Part shown: piece by piece, positions 29,977 through 38,275 of the stretch
Layout of the letters: every line of letters begins with the position of its first letter
How positions within the stretch are numbered: position 1 is the stretch's first letter
Source of the DNA: an uncultured Chloroflexia bacterium
Lineage (GTDB): Bacteria; Chloroflexota; Limnocylindria; Limnocylindrales; CSP1-4
Length of the DNA: 64,000 nt
Reading direction: 5' to 3'
Assembly (NCBI GenBank): GCA_963778025.1
Contig: CAVZTA010000003.1
Span: forward strand, 225,544-289,543
Position numbers and translations under genes: made by a program
The notes under the pieces: generated by a model
The model's input: the letters and a program-made list of their open reading frames with translations, nothing else
What the model was told of the DNA's origin: nothing
Database searches by the model: none

Positions 29977-30840
29977 ATGCCGCGCCTGCAGACCAAGTCG
30001 TTCACGAAGCCCGATCGCACGAGAGAGCTTGGCGAGGGGCGGCTCGAGCTCGTGGACCTCGACGAGACCACGGTCGGCCGGATCACGCTGCCAGCTGGCT
30101 GGCGTTGGTCGAGGATGTCCGACCGGCGGTCGGGACGTCGAGTTGCCAGACCCGGCATGTCTCCTATGCGATCAAGGGTGTCCTGCACGTCGTGATGGAC
30201 GACGGGACGGAGCTCGATGTCCGGGCCGGCGAAGCGCATGAGATCCCGCCCGGACATGACGCCTGGGTCGTGGGCGACGAGGCGTACGTCGCGGTCGAGT
30301 GGGCGAGCTCCGGGGTGTACGGCCAGACCAGCGACGAGCTCGGCGACCGCCTGCTCGCCACGATCCTGTTCACCGACATCGTCGAGTCGACGGCTGCCCT
30401 CGCTCGCCTCGGCGATGCGGCATGGCATCGGCTGCTTCGCGAGCACAACGTTCGGCTTCGCGCCCAGCTCGACCGGTTCCGCGGTCGCGAGATCGAGACG
30501 ACGGGCGACGGGATCATGGCGATGTTCGACACGCCCGTTCGGGCCGTCCGCTGCGCGGCCGCCATGGGGCCCGCGGTCGCCGAGCTGGGGATCCGCATCC
30601 GAGCCGGGCTGCACACCGGTGAGATCGAGTTGGCGGCCGGCCACCCCCGCGGCGTGGCGGTCCATGCGGCCGCCCGCATCGCCGCACTGGCCGGTCCGGA
30701 CGAGGTGCTCGTGCTCGGCCACGACGCGCGATCTCCTCGAGGGCTCGGGGCTGACGTTCGAGGACCGCGGCGCCCACGAGCTGAAGGGCTTCACCATGCG
30801 TCGCCACGTCTTCGCGCTCGTGCGGACGCCTCCAGCGTGA
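29977..30840 (+). CDS. cupin-domain + class III adenylate/guanylate cyclase (two opposite 1-nt frame changes)
   Basis: MPRLQTKSFTKPDRTRELGEGRLELVDL..LPAGWRWS (frame 1); EDVRPAVGTSSCQTRHVSYAIKGVLHVVMDDG..ATILFTDIVESTA..ETTGDGIMAMF..GLHTGEIE (frame 3, ORF 29739..30923); ATTRDLLEGSGLTFEDRGAHELKGF (frame 1, ORF 30217..30840). Switches near 30108-30112 and 30711-30717. Confidence 0.8.
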
Positions 30841-30998
30841 GGTCCCGCGCCGTCGGCCCGCGAGAGCGCGCGCTGGTGAACGGGACGACCGGCGAGGTGA
30901 TCGAGACCCTCCAAGGCGGTTGACGTCACACGACGGTCATCGCCATGTCATCGGCGCGAGGCACGGTGCTCCGGTTCGACACCATCAGGAGGATGCCC

Positions 30999-31235
30999 AT
31001 GATCCGCCCGTTGCCTCGTCGCGCCGCGTTCAGCCTCCGTGCCGCCGTGCTGGGCGCCGCTGTGACCGTTGCCGCGTGCTCCAGCCCCGGGGCCGGCGCA
31101 TCCGCGGTGCCCAGCGACTCCGGGATGATGGAGCATCCCAGCGACTCCGGGATGATGGAGCATCCCAGCGACTCCGGGATGATGGAGCAGCCCAGCGACT
31201 CCGGGATGATGGAGAGCCCCTCACCTTCTTCGTGA
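30999..31235 (+). CDS. lipoprotein with four Met/His-rich tandem repeats (PSDSGMMEH), probable metal (Cu) binding
   Basis: ORF 30945..31235. AGGAGG 6 nt before ATG 30999. MIRPLPRRAAFSLRAAVLGAAVTVAAC lipobox, then PSDSGMMEH x3 + PSDSGMMES. Its stop overlaps the next start (TGATG). Confidence 0.7.
   Translation: MIRPLPRRAAFSLRAAVLGAAVTVAACSSPGAGASAVPSDSGMMEHPSDSGMMEHPSDSGMMEQPSDSGMMESPSPSS
31110..31217 (+). repeat. 4 x 27-bp near-perfect tandem repeat (cccagcgactccgggatgatggagcat)
   Basis: Units at 31110-31136, 31137-31163, 31164-31190 and 31191-31217. Units 1 and 2 are identical; units 3 and 4 differ only in the last codon(s). Confidence 0.95.
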
Positions 31236-31970
31236 TGGCGATCCTGCTCCTCGTGCCGTTCGCCTTCGCGGGCGGTGTGCTGACGATGCTCGCGCCCTGC
31301 AGCCTGCCGGTCCTGCCGTTCATCCTCGGGAGCGCGGCGGGCGACCGACGCCGGACCATCGGCGTCGCCCTGGGCTTCGCGGCAGCCTTCCTCGCGATCA
31401 CCATCGTCCTGGCCTCCACGCTGGCCGAGATCGGGATCACGACATCGGTCGCCCGCTCGGTCGTCGTGCTGGCGCTCGGGGTCTTCGGCCTGGCGCTCAT
31501 CGTGCCGCCCCTGGCCAGGCAGTTCGAGCGCAGCCTGAGCCGCTTGCCCGTGCGGTATGCCTCGACGTCCGGGAGTGCCGCCCTCACCCAGCCGCGGGCC
31601 GGCCTCGCGGCGGGCTTGGTGGTCGGGGCCGCTCTGGGCCTCGTTTGGGCGCCGTGCGTGGGGCCCATCATGGGCGCGGTCATCGGGATCGCCGTCCTGC
31701 AAGGGCCCACACCCGGGGCGGTCGCCATCGGCGCGGCCTTCGCGAGCGGAGCGGCGCTCTCGATGCTGGTCGTGGCGCGGGTCGGGCGTGCGGTCGTCGA
31801 GCGCGTCGCGTCGCCCCGGATCCGGCTGGGAGGCCGGCGGGTGTACGGGCTCGTCGTGGTCGTCACGGCGCTGCTCGTTGCGTCGGGCCAGGACATCGTC
31901 CTGGCGTCCCGACTGACGGCCATCCTCCCTGCCGGGACGAGCGCAGCGCTGCTCGGCCCCGCGCCCGGAT
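31235..31970 (+). CDS. CcdA/DsbD-type thiol-disulfide transporter membrane domain (probably the N-terminal half of a DipZ-like fusion)
   Basis: In ORF 30920..32332: MAILLLVPFAFAGGVLTMLAPCSLPVLPFILG and GLVWAPCVGPIMGAVIG (the two conserved Cys-in-TM motifs). GC3 in this frame decays after about 31965. Confidence 0.8.
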
Positions 31971-32027
31971 GGTCTGGCGGACCTGACGGACAGGCCGGCG
32001 AGCGCCCCGGCTGGAACGGAGGCAGCG

Positions 32028-32483
32028 ATGCCGCTCGAGGATCTCGGCGCCGCCCCGGAGGTCCGTGGGATCACGGCCTGGCTCAACACCGCGCCGACGA
32101 CGTTGGCCGCGTTGCGAGGTCAGGTCGTCGTCGTGCACTTCTGGACCTTCGGCTGCATCAACTGCGTGCACGTCCAGCCGTATGTCAAGGCGTGGTACGA
32201 GACCTACGCCGACCAGGGGTTCACCGTCCTCGGCGTGCACACGCCGGAGCTCTCATTCGAACGCGACGTCGACAACGTTCGCGCCGCTGTGCGCGACGCG
32301 GACGTCCGGTTCCCCGTGGCGTTCGATCCTGACTTCGCGACGTGGCGGGCCTACGACAACCACTACTGGCCGGCGTTCTACTTCGTCGACAAGCGGGGCC
32401 ACATCCGCCACGTCCACTTCGGCGAGGGGGACTACGACGGCTCCGAGGCGGTGATCAAGGCCCTGCTGGCTGAACCCGCCTGA
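32028..32483 (+). CDS. TlpA/ResA-like thioredoxin domain (WTFGCINC), probably fused to the preceding CcdA domain
   Basis: ORF 32028..32483: ITAWLNTAPTTLAALRGQVVVVHFWTFGCINCVHVQPYV, GVHTPELSFE, YWPAFYFVDKRGHIRHVHFGEGDY. The frame is already GC3-rich from about 31965 (PDGLADLTDRPASAPAGTEAA), which implies a frame change rather than a separate start. Confidence 0.85.
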   Translation: MPLEDLGAAPEVRGITAWLNTAPTTLAALRGQVVVVHFWTFGCINCVHVQPYVKAWYETYADQGFTVLGVHTPELSFERDVDNVRAAVRDADVRFPVAFDPDFATWRAYDNHYWPAFYFVDKRGHIRHVHFGEGDYDGSEAVIKALLAEPA

Positions 32484-32572
32484 CGCCTGGTCGCTCGTCC
32501 CATCTCCAGCGCGGCCAGACGGGGAATCGCGCGAGGCATGTCACCTTTTGACCCGAAACGGTCCCTAGGTGG

Positions 32573-33058
32573 GTGATGGAAAGCGCGGCTGCCGTCCTGC
32601 ACCAGGAGTCCAGCGTCGAGGCGCTGTACCGCGCCGATGCGGATCGGCTCTGGCGCGCCGTCTACGCGTTCGCCGCCGACCCGGAGATCGCGAGCGACGC
32701 GGTCGCGGAGGCGTACGCGCAGGTGCTGCACCGCGGCTCGGCGGTCCGCGACCCGCAGGCGTGGACATGGCGAGCGGCGTTCCGCATCGCCTCGGGCGCG
32801 CTCAAGGCGCGCCGCGACGCCGACGCGATGCCCTCGCACCCCTCGGATGTCAGCGACCGATACGCGGACACCGACCTGCTCGATGCCTTGCGACGGCTCC
32901 CGGAGGGCCAGCGGGCGGCGGTCGTCCTCTTCTACTACGCCGACCTGCCGGTCGGCCGGATCGCCGAGCGCCTGGGCTCGAACAGCCTTGCCGTCCGCGC
33001 GAACCTCAGCCGTGGCCGGCGCCGACTCCGCGATCTGTTGGGTGATGACGATGCGTAG
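32573..33058 (+). CDS. ECF-type RNA polymerase sigma-70 family factor
   Basis: ORF 32573..33058: region 2 LYRADADRLWRAVYAFAADPEIASDAVAEAY; region 4 LPEGQRAAVVLFYYADLPVGRIAERLGSNSLAVRANLSRGRRRLR. Confidence 0.85.
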   Translation: MMESAAAVLHQESSVEALYRADADRLWRAVYAFAADPEIASDAVAEAYAQVLHRGSAVRDPQAWTWRAAFRIASGALKARRDADAMPSHPSDVSDRYADTDLLDALRRLPEGQRAAVVLFYYADLPVGRIAERLGSNSLAVRANLSRGRRRLRDLLGDDDA

Positions 33059-34443
33059 CCTCCGAGACCGTTTCGCGACGCTCGATCGCCTGCCCGCCCC
33101 CGACCTGTGGTCCGATGTCGAGCAGCGCGCCGCCGCACTGACGTCCGCCGATCCGGTGACCTCGGTGACGGTTCGAGCTCCCGTTGGTTCGCGTGGCTCC
33201 AGGCGACCGGAACGTCGTCATGCTCATCGCGGCGGCGCTCCTGGTCACCCTCGCGGCGGTCATCGCGGTCGGTTCCGGCGTCGTCAAGCTTCCGGCGCCC
33301 GTGCAGCCACTCGTGGTCGACGCGTCACCCCCGCCGCCGGCTGCGACGCCGCTCGCGGTCGCGCCGACGCCGGATGTCGCAGCGACGTCGCCGTCGCCGT
33401 CGATCACCCCCGATCGACCCAGCCCGTGGATCGTCTTCGAGCGCAGCGTGCCGAGTGACGGGCAACGCTACGGCAGCCACTCCTGGGCGATGCGCGCCGA
33501 CGGGACGGGGGCACACGAGATCCTGGGCGGTGCGACCGCCGCATGGTCGCCCGACGGCAGCCGCCTGCTCGTGAACGACGGGCATATCCGGGTCGCCGAG
33601 GTCGGCGAGGACATCGGCGCCTTCGTCGATACCGGGGTCGCGGTGCCCGAGCGCGAGCAGTGGGAGGCATTCGACTTCGCGCCGGACGGCGAGCACGTGG
33701 TGTTCGTCCGGAAGTCGAAGTGCGCGGCGGCGCCCACGGCGCTGGGCCTCGGGTTCCTCGCAGTGGTCCCGGATGTGCTCGTCGCGGAGACGGCGGGAGC
33801 GAACTGCATGGTCCTCAGCATCCTCGATCTCGGCACGGGCACGCTGACCGACCTCGGCCACACGCTCGTCAAGGACCAGACCGGCGGTCGGAACCTCGCG
33901 CTCGAGCTGCCGGCCTGGTCGCCGGACGGCACGCGCATCGCCTACACGCGCCTCGACGAGACCCTCGACACGCGCGAGCTGTGGCTGGTCGACGCCGACG
34001 GGACGCATCCAGCCAGGGTCGCGATCCCCGCCGACGTCTCGGTCCGGGAGCCTCGTTGGTCACCGGACGGCACGCGGATCTCGTTCACCTCGCAGACGTG
34101 GCTGACCGAGAGCACCTCCGAGTCGGTCGTCTACGTGGTCGACCTCGCGACGGGGCGTCTGGATCGGGTCTCGATCGCGTCAGGTCCCGACGATCGCCAA
34201 CTCTGTTGCGCCGCATGGCTGGACGACACGCATCTGCGCGTCCAGGAAGCGACGGGCGACGGCGACCGAGCCTGGCTCATCAGCCTGGACGCGGCCGCGC
34301 ACGAGCCGGAGCTGCTCGTCGACCTGACCGATGCGCTCGAGGCGATCGACCCGCCCGGCCGGGTCGTGATTCGCTCGGCACCGGGCGATCCCGGTCGGAC
34401 GTTCCAGTGGCAACCGGTCGCGGAGCCCGCGTCCGGAAGCTAG
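33051..34443 (+). CDS. sigma-coupled membrane protein with TolB-like (PD40) beta-propeller ectodomain; putative anti-sigma (1-nt frame change near 33200-33220)
   Basis: ATG 33051 overlaps the sigma stop by 8 nt: MRSLRDRFATLDRLPAPDLWSDVEQRA (frame 3). Then TM MLIAAALLVTLAAVIAVG and repeats WSPDGSRLLV, FAPDGEHVVF, WSPDGTRIAY, WSPDGTRISF (ORF 33184..34443, frame 1). Confidence 0.65.
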
Positions 34444-34498
34444 GTGACGCGGCGAGCCATCCGTCCGCGCGCCCGCAGCGATCGGGCCGGCGTCGGGA

Positions 34499-35155
34499 CT
34501 ACGCCACCACCCACGACTGGCCGTCTTCGACCGCGAACCGCCGGAGGGTGTCCAGGCGACCACGGGCATCCTTGGCGGTGGCGGCGGCCGCGGACGGGAC
34601 GCCCCGTCCAAGCCGGACATCCTCGGCCATCGCGCCCTCGAGCTGGCCGGTCGCTTCGTCGAGCGCATCCCACGCGCCGCGGAACCCTTCCCGGTCGACC
34701 TGGTCCCGGAAGCCCATGCCCCTCGGGAAGACGGCGTTGGTCCGGTCGACGAGCGCCAAGATCGCGGCGAGACGCGGCGTCACGGGCGGGTTGAACGGCA
34801 TGTCGTAGGGATCGCCTTCGTTCGCCACGAGCGCGAGCAGGAGGAGGCGTCGCAGCCGCCTCGGTGCGATGGCCTCGACGATGACCGCGGCGATCCGCAT
34901 CACGACCATCAGCCCGACCAGCATGATCGCGTACACCGGGACCCACGTGAGGCTGGTGAGCGCGCCCGATCCTCCGCCCGGATCGGTCAGCGCACCGAGC
35001 GCGATCGGCGGTAGCGCGACGAACGCGACAGGGAACAGGAGCCCGGCCTTGCCCGAAGGGTGCGGTGTCCGACCGGTCTGCACTCGGACGATCCGCAGCA
35101 CGGCCAGGAAGACCATGCCGGCGATGGCGAGGACGAAGAGTTGCTGGAACGGCAT
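34499..35155 (-). CDS. hypothetical membrane protein (3 TM + helical cytoplasmic tail)
   Basis: ORF 34499..35248(-), ATG 35155: MPFQQLFVLAIAGMVFLAVLRIV, LLFPVAFVALPPIALGAL, WVPVYAIMLVGLMVVMRIAAVIV. Confidence 0.6.
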   Translation of the reverse strand: MPFQQLFVLAIAGMVFLAVLRIVRVQTGRTPHPSGKAGLLFPVAFVALPPIALGALTDPGGGSGALTSLTWVPVYAIMLVGLMVVMRIAAVIVEAIAPRRLRRLLLLALVANEGDPYDMPFNPPVTPRLAAILALVDRTNAVFPRGMGFRDQVDREGFRGAWDALDEATGQLEGAMAEDVRLGRGVPSAAAATAKDARGRLDTLRRFAVEDGQSWVVA

Positions 35156-35260
35156 CCGGGACGACCTTTCGAGCGGCGAGCGCTCCGTTGGTCGGCACCC
35201 GAGCCGGGCATCGAGACCACCGGTCACGGCGTGGTTGCAGTGAACCACGAGACGGTGCTA

Positions 35261-35292
35261 TTGTCAACTGTAGTTATCGACATCTACTGTAG
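35261..35292 (+). promoter_or_regulatory. candidate promoter plus direct-repeat operator for the XRE gene
   Basis: TTGTCA (35261-66), 18-nt spacer, TACTGT (35285-90, TAnnnT). ACTGTAG occurs twice, 19 nt apart (35267-73, 35286-92). Locally AT-rich. ATG at 35306. Confidence 0.35.
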
Positions 35293-35305
35293 GAAACAGC
35301 AGCCG

Positions 35306-35671
35306 ATGGCCATGACGCTAGGAGCCGTCCTGAAGCAGGCGCGCGAGGTCCGCGGGTCGTCCGCGGTGGATGCCGCCAGGGCGGCGGGGATCTCCGCGGC
35401 CTATCTCAGCAAGCTCGAGAACGACGCCGTCAAACGGCCGTCGCCGCACGTCCTGCACCAGCTGAGCGAGGCGCTGGCGGTGCCGTACGCAGAGCTCATG
35501 CGGTTGTCGGGCTATCGAGTGCCGGACGTGAGCGAGGCCAGCGTCACGCCGACCGTCAGTGCCGCACTCTTCTCGGATCTCACGGACGACGAGCGGGATG
35601 AGCTGCTCGAATATCTCGCCTGGTACCGCGCCCGACGTCGATCGAGCCGCGGCGTCGAGAGGGCCGGCTGA
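35306..35671 (+). CDS. XRE-family helix-turn-helix protein
   Basis: Within ORF 35060..35671: MAMTLGAVLKQAREVRGSSAVDAARAAGISAAYLSKLENDAVKRPSPHVLHQLSEAL. Confidence 0.8.
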   Translation: MAMTLGAVLKQAREVRGSSAVDAARAAGISAAYLSKLENDAVKRPSPHVLHQLSEALAVPYAELMRLSGYRVPDVSEASVTPTVSAALFSDLTDDERDELLEYLAWYRARRRSSRGVERAG

Positions 35672-35939
35672 CACCGGCCCTCGCTCGCGCGGGGCACGCC
35701 TGTCCATGGAAGGCGGGTCGATGACCCCCCATGGACATCGACCCGCTGGTGGAATTCAAGCCATGTTCCGACGCTGGCCTTGCAGCGGGCCTAACGGGGT
35801 GACCCTGCATCCGCGTTTCGCATGACGATGCTTATCGGACGTTTGACACGAGACTGTGGCCGTCGCTGATTCCCACGTCGCCGGAGTGGAGCACGCTGTG
35901 CTGTCTCCGTCCAACGTCGCCACCTGAGAGGCCAGTCAC

Positions 35940-36284
35940 GTGCACGATCGCGACCACGCGGACTGGGAGCCGCACCTCGTGAACGCCTTGGACCCCGATG
36001 AGCCCATCGCGCTGCGCGCGCGGGCGCGCGACGCTGTGATCGCGGTCACCGACCGGCGGATGCTCGTCGCCACCGACACGCGACTCGCCATGGATGTCCC
36101 GTTCCCGCGGCTTCGGCGGATCCAGTTCGACATCGAGCGCGGGCGACCGGCGACCCTGGTCGTGGTCCCGGAGTTTTCAGACGCCGAGCCGCAAGTCCTC
36201 GCCATCCCCGCCGAGGAATACCGCGCGGTCGCGGACGCCCTCGTGGAGATCGGGCTGCGCTTGAACGACACGAGCGACACCTAG
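35940..36284 (+). CDS. hypothetical protein, bacterial PH-like fold suspected
   Basis: ORF 35940..36284 (GTG start): DAVIAVTDRRMLVATDTRLAMDVPFPRLRRIQFDIERGRPATLVVVP. High GC3. The domain call is tentative. Confidence 0.45.
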   Translation: MHDRDHADWEPHLVNALDPDEPIALRARARDAVIAVTDRRMLVATDTRLAMDVPFPRLRRIQFDIERGRPATLVVVPEFSDAEPQVLAIPAEEYRAVADALVEIGLRLNDTSDT

Positions 36285-36754
36285 CGCCCACGCGATCTCG
36301 ATCGTCCCGGGCGCCGAGGACGGTGGCCCTACGCGGAGGCTTGCAGTCGCGTCAAGCCGGAAGACGAAGGGCGCCCTCGCCGGCCAGGTCAGAGCATGGC
36401 CTTGATCGCCTCGGTGATATGCACGTATTCACTGCTGGTCGCGACGAAGAGCACGTCGGCTCGTGCGCCGACGCAACTGTTCATCGGGGACGCAGGGCTG
36501 AGTGCGAAACACACCGCGTGCTTGCCACCGAAGTCGCGCGCCTGGACGTGAAGGTCGCGGACGGCTCGGGCGGCCACCGCCAGATACGCTCCGACCAGGC
36601 GAGTCACGCGTTCACGACGCGCACGCGGACGGCGAGGACACGCAGGTCGGGGAATCTCGGGGTCGCATGGACGTGGCGCGTACGGCGCGGACTCACGGGG
36701 TCGCGCCTGTGCTCCGGTCGCACAGGCCGCGACGGTGGCGACCAGGACGATCCC

Positions 36755-36970
36755 GAACCCTCAGGTCTTCTGCTGATCGCAGCGGGGCAGTCGGATGGCG
36801 AGATCGCTGAAACCCTCTTCATCAGCAAGAAGACGGCCTCCGTTCACGTGGCCCACATCAAGAGCAAGCTCGGCGCCAGGAGCAGGGTCGAGATCGCCAC
36901 GCAGGCGTTGGCCCTTGGCTTCCTTCCGGGGCAGGCTCGGGAACCGCGCGGATCCGTCGATCGGCCGTGA
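36755..36970 (+). pseudogene. orphan LuxR-type HTH fragment (remnant of a NarL/LuxR-family regulator)
   Basis: Tail of ORF 36323..36970: LLLIAAGQSDGEIAETLFISKKTASVHVAHIKSKLGARSRVEIATQALALGF. The upstream 140 codons look non-coding, with no receiver or other domain. Confidence 0.5.
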
Positions 36971-37181
36971 CGCATCCGGATGACGACACCGGCTCGGTGA
37001 TGCCCAAGCTGACGCGGGTGCCGGACGCACGCTGACCACGGGCTGACCGTCGAGCGGTCGGTCGACGAACTCGCTCCCGGGGGTCGGCATGTGTTCGCCA
37101 ACAGGCCTCCTCGGCTATGGAGCGCGGATGCAATGCGCAGTCTCCGAGCGTCGCAGCTTCAACCCACTCGAGGAGCCACCC

Positions 37182-38081
37182 ATGCGCCTTCGCGTGCTCG
37201 CAGCAACCCTCATCGCCCTGGCGATGCTTGCATCCGCCGGCCCGGCCGCGGCGGTGACGAATGGGACGCCCGACGGGACGAACCACCCCTACGTCGGCTA
37301 CGCGGACAACCTGGTCTTCGCGTGCTCCGGGACCCTGCTGTCGCCGACCGTGATGCTGACGGCGGCGCATTGCTTCAGCGACAGCACCTCTGGCTTCGGC
37401 ACCAACACGACGACGGGAGCCCCGTTGGTTCGAGTCTCATTCGACCCGAACCTCATCAACACCCCCGCGGCGCAGCGGACCTGGTATGTCGGGACGTACT
37501 ACTTCGACCCGCAGTTCGCCATCGGAGGCGGCGGCGGGCTTCCGGGTTTCGACACCCACGACGTCGCGCTGGTCATCTTCGGTGAACCGGGCTGCACGAT
37601 CCCGACGAACACCGTCAGCACCTACGTGTGTGGCCAAGTGCCTCAGGCGGCGACGCTCGGTCAGTACGGGTCGCTGCCAAGTCTGGACCTCGTCAATTCG
37701 CTCGCGATGAATACCCGGGTGGACATCGTCGGTTACGGGGTCCAGGACTTCATCAACGGCGGCGGTCCGTGTGACCCGAACTGCAGGAAGAGCCCGGGTG
37801 CGTCGGCGACGAGATTCTTCGCGCCGACCCGCCTGGTGGCCAGCAACAACTCCATCAGCGACGAGTTCATCAAGCTCCACGCCAACAAGGGCGGCACGTG
37901 CTTCGGAGACTCCGGTGGACCCGACCTCGTCGGTGGCACGAATGTCGTGATCGGCGTCAACTCGTTCGTCGCGAACAGCGTCTGCTCGGGCAACACGTAC
38001 TCCTACCGCGTCGACACCGCCGAGGCGTTGACGTGGATCACGACCACGGTCGCGGCTCATGGAGCGTCGCTTACTAGGTAG
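37182..38081 (+). CDS. secreted trypsin-like (S1 family) serine protease
   Basis: ORF 37089..38081. GAGGAG 6 nt before ATG 37182. Signal MRLRVLAATLIALAMLASAGPAAA. Catalytic triad contexts LTAAHC, HDVALV, CFGDSGGP. Confidence 0.85.
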   Translation: MRLRVLAATLIALAMLASAGPAAAVTNGTPDGTNHPYVGYADNLVFACSGTLLSPTVMLTAAHCFSDSTSGFGTNTTTGAPLVRVSFDPNLINTPAAQRTWYVGTYYFDPQFAIGGGGGLPGFDTHDVALVIFGEPGCTIPTNTVSTYVCGQVPQAATLGQYGSLPSLDLVNSLAMNTRVDIVGYGVQDFINGGGPCDPNCRKSPGASATRFFAPTRLVASNNSISDEFIKLHANKGGTCFGDSGGPDLVGGTNVVIGVNSFVANSVCSGNTYSYRVDTAEALTWITTTVAAHGASLTR

Positions 38082-38146
38082 ATACCGCTCTGGCCGCTTC
38101 GACGGCTGGGATCGCATCGGGCAGCGGTCCGGATCCCGCGACTGAC

Positions 38147-38173
38147 GAGGCTCCCGGTCTCACCGGGAGCCTC
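38147..38173 (+). terminator. stem-loop downstream of the protease gene
   Basis: GAGGCTCCCGG tctca CCGGGAGCCTC: perfect 11-bp stem and 5-nt loop. No U-tract. Confidence 0.4.
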
Positions 38174-38275
38174 GATCATGTCGCCCTGCGGGTGTCGAGG
38201 ATCGACCGGACCGCACCGCGCCAACGGGTCCGGCGAGGGCCTGCTTCGCCAAGCAGATGGCTGACACTACGAGGC

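Noticed and set aside
31110-31217. Possible CRISPR-like array (27-bp repeats)
   Set aside because: The repeats are contiguous with no spacers, in frame, and encode PSDSGMMEH. This is a coding tandem repeat, not a CRISPR array. No CRISPR array was seen anywhere in the window.
35701-35737. Inverted repeat TGTCCATGG..CCATGGACA after the XRE gene as a terminator
   Set aside because: It has a 19-nt loop and no U-tract. The arms are simply two NcoI-like palindromic sites, so support is weak.
36389-36607. 72-aa minus-strand ORF as an independent gene
   Set aside because: It has no RBS and looks like the C-terminal end of a larger lost gene. It is treated as part of the remnant zone rather than as a feature.
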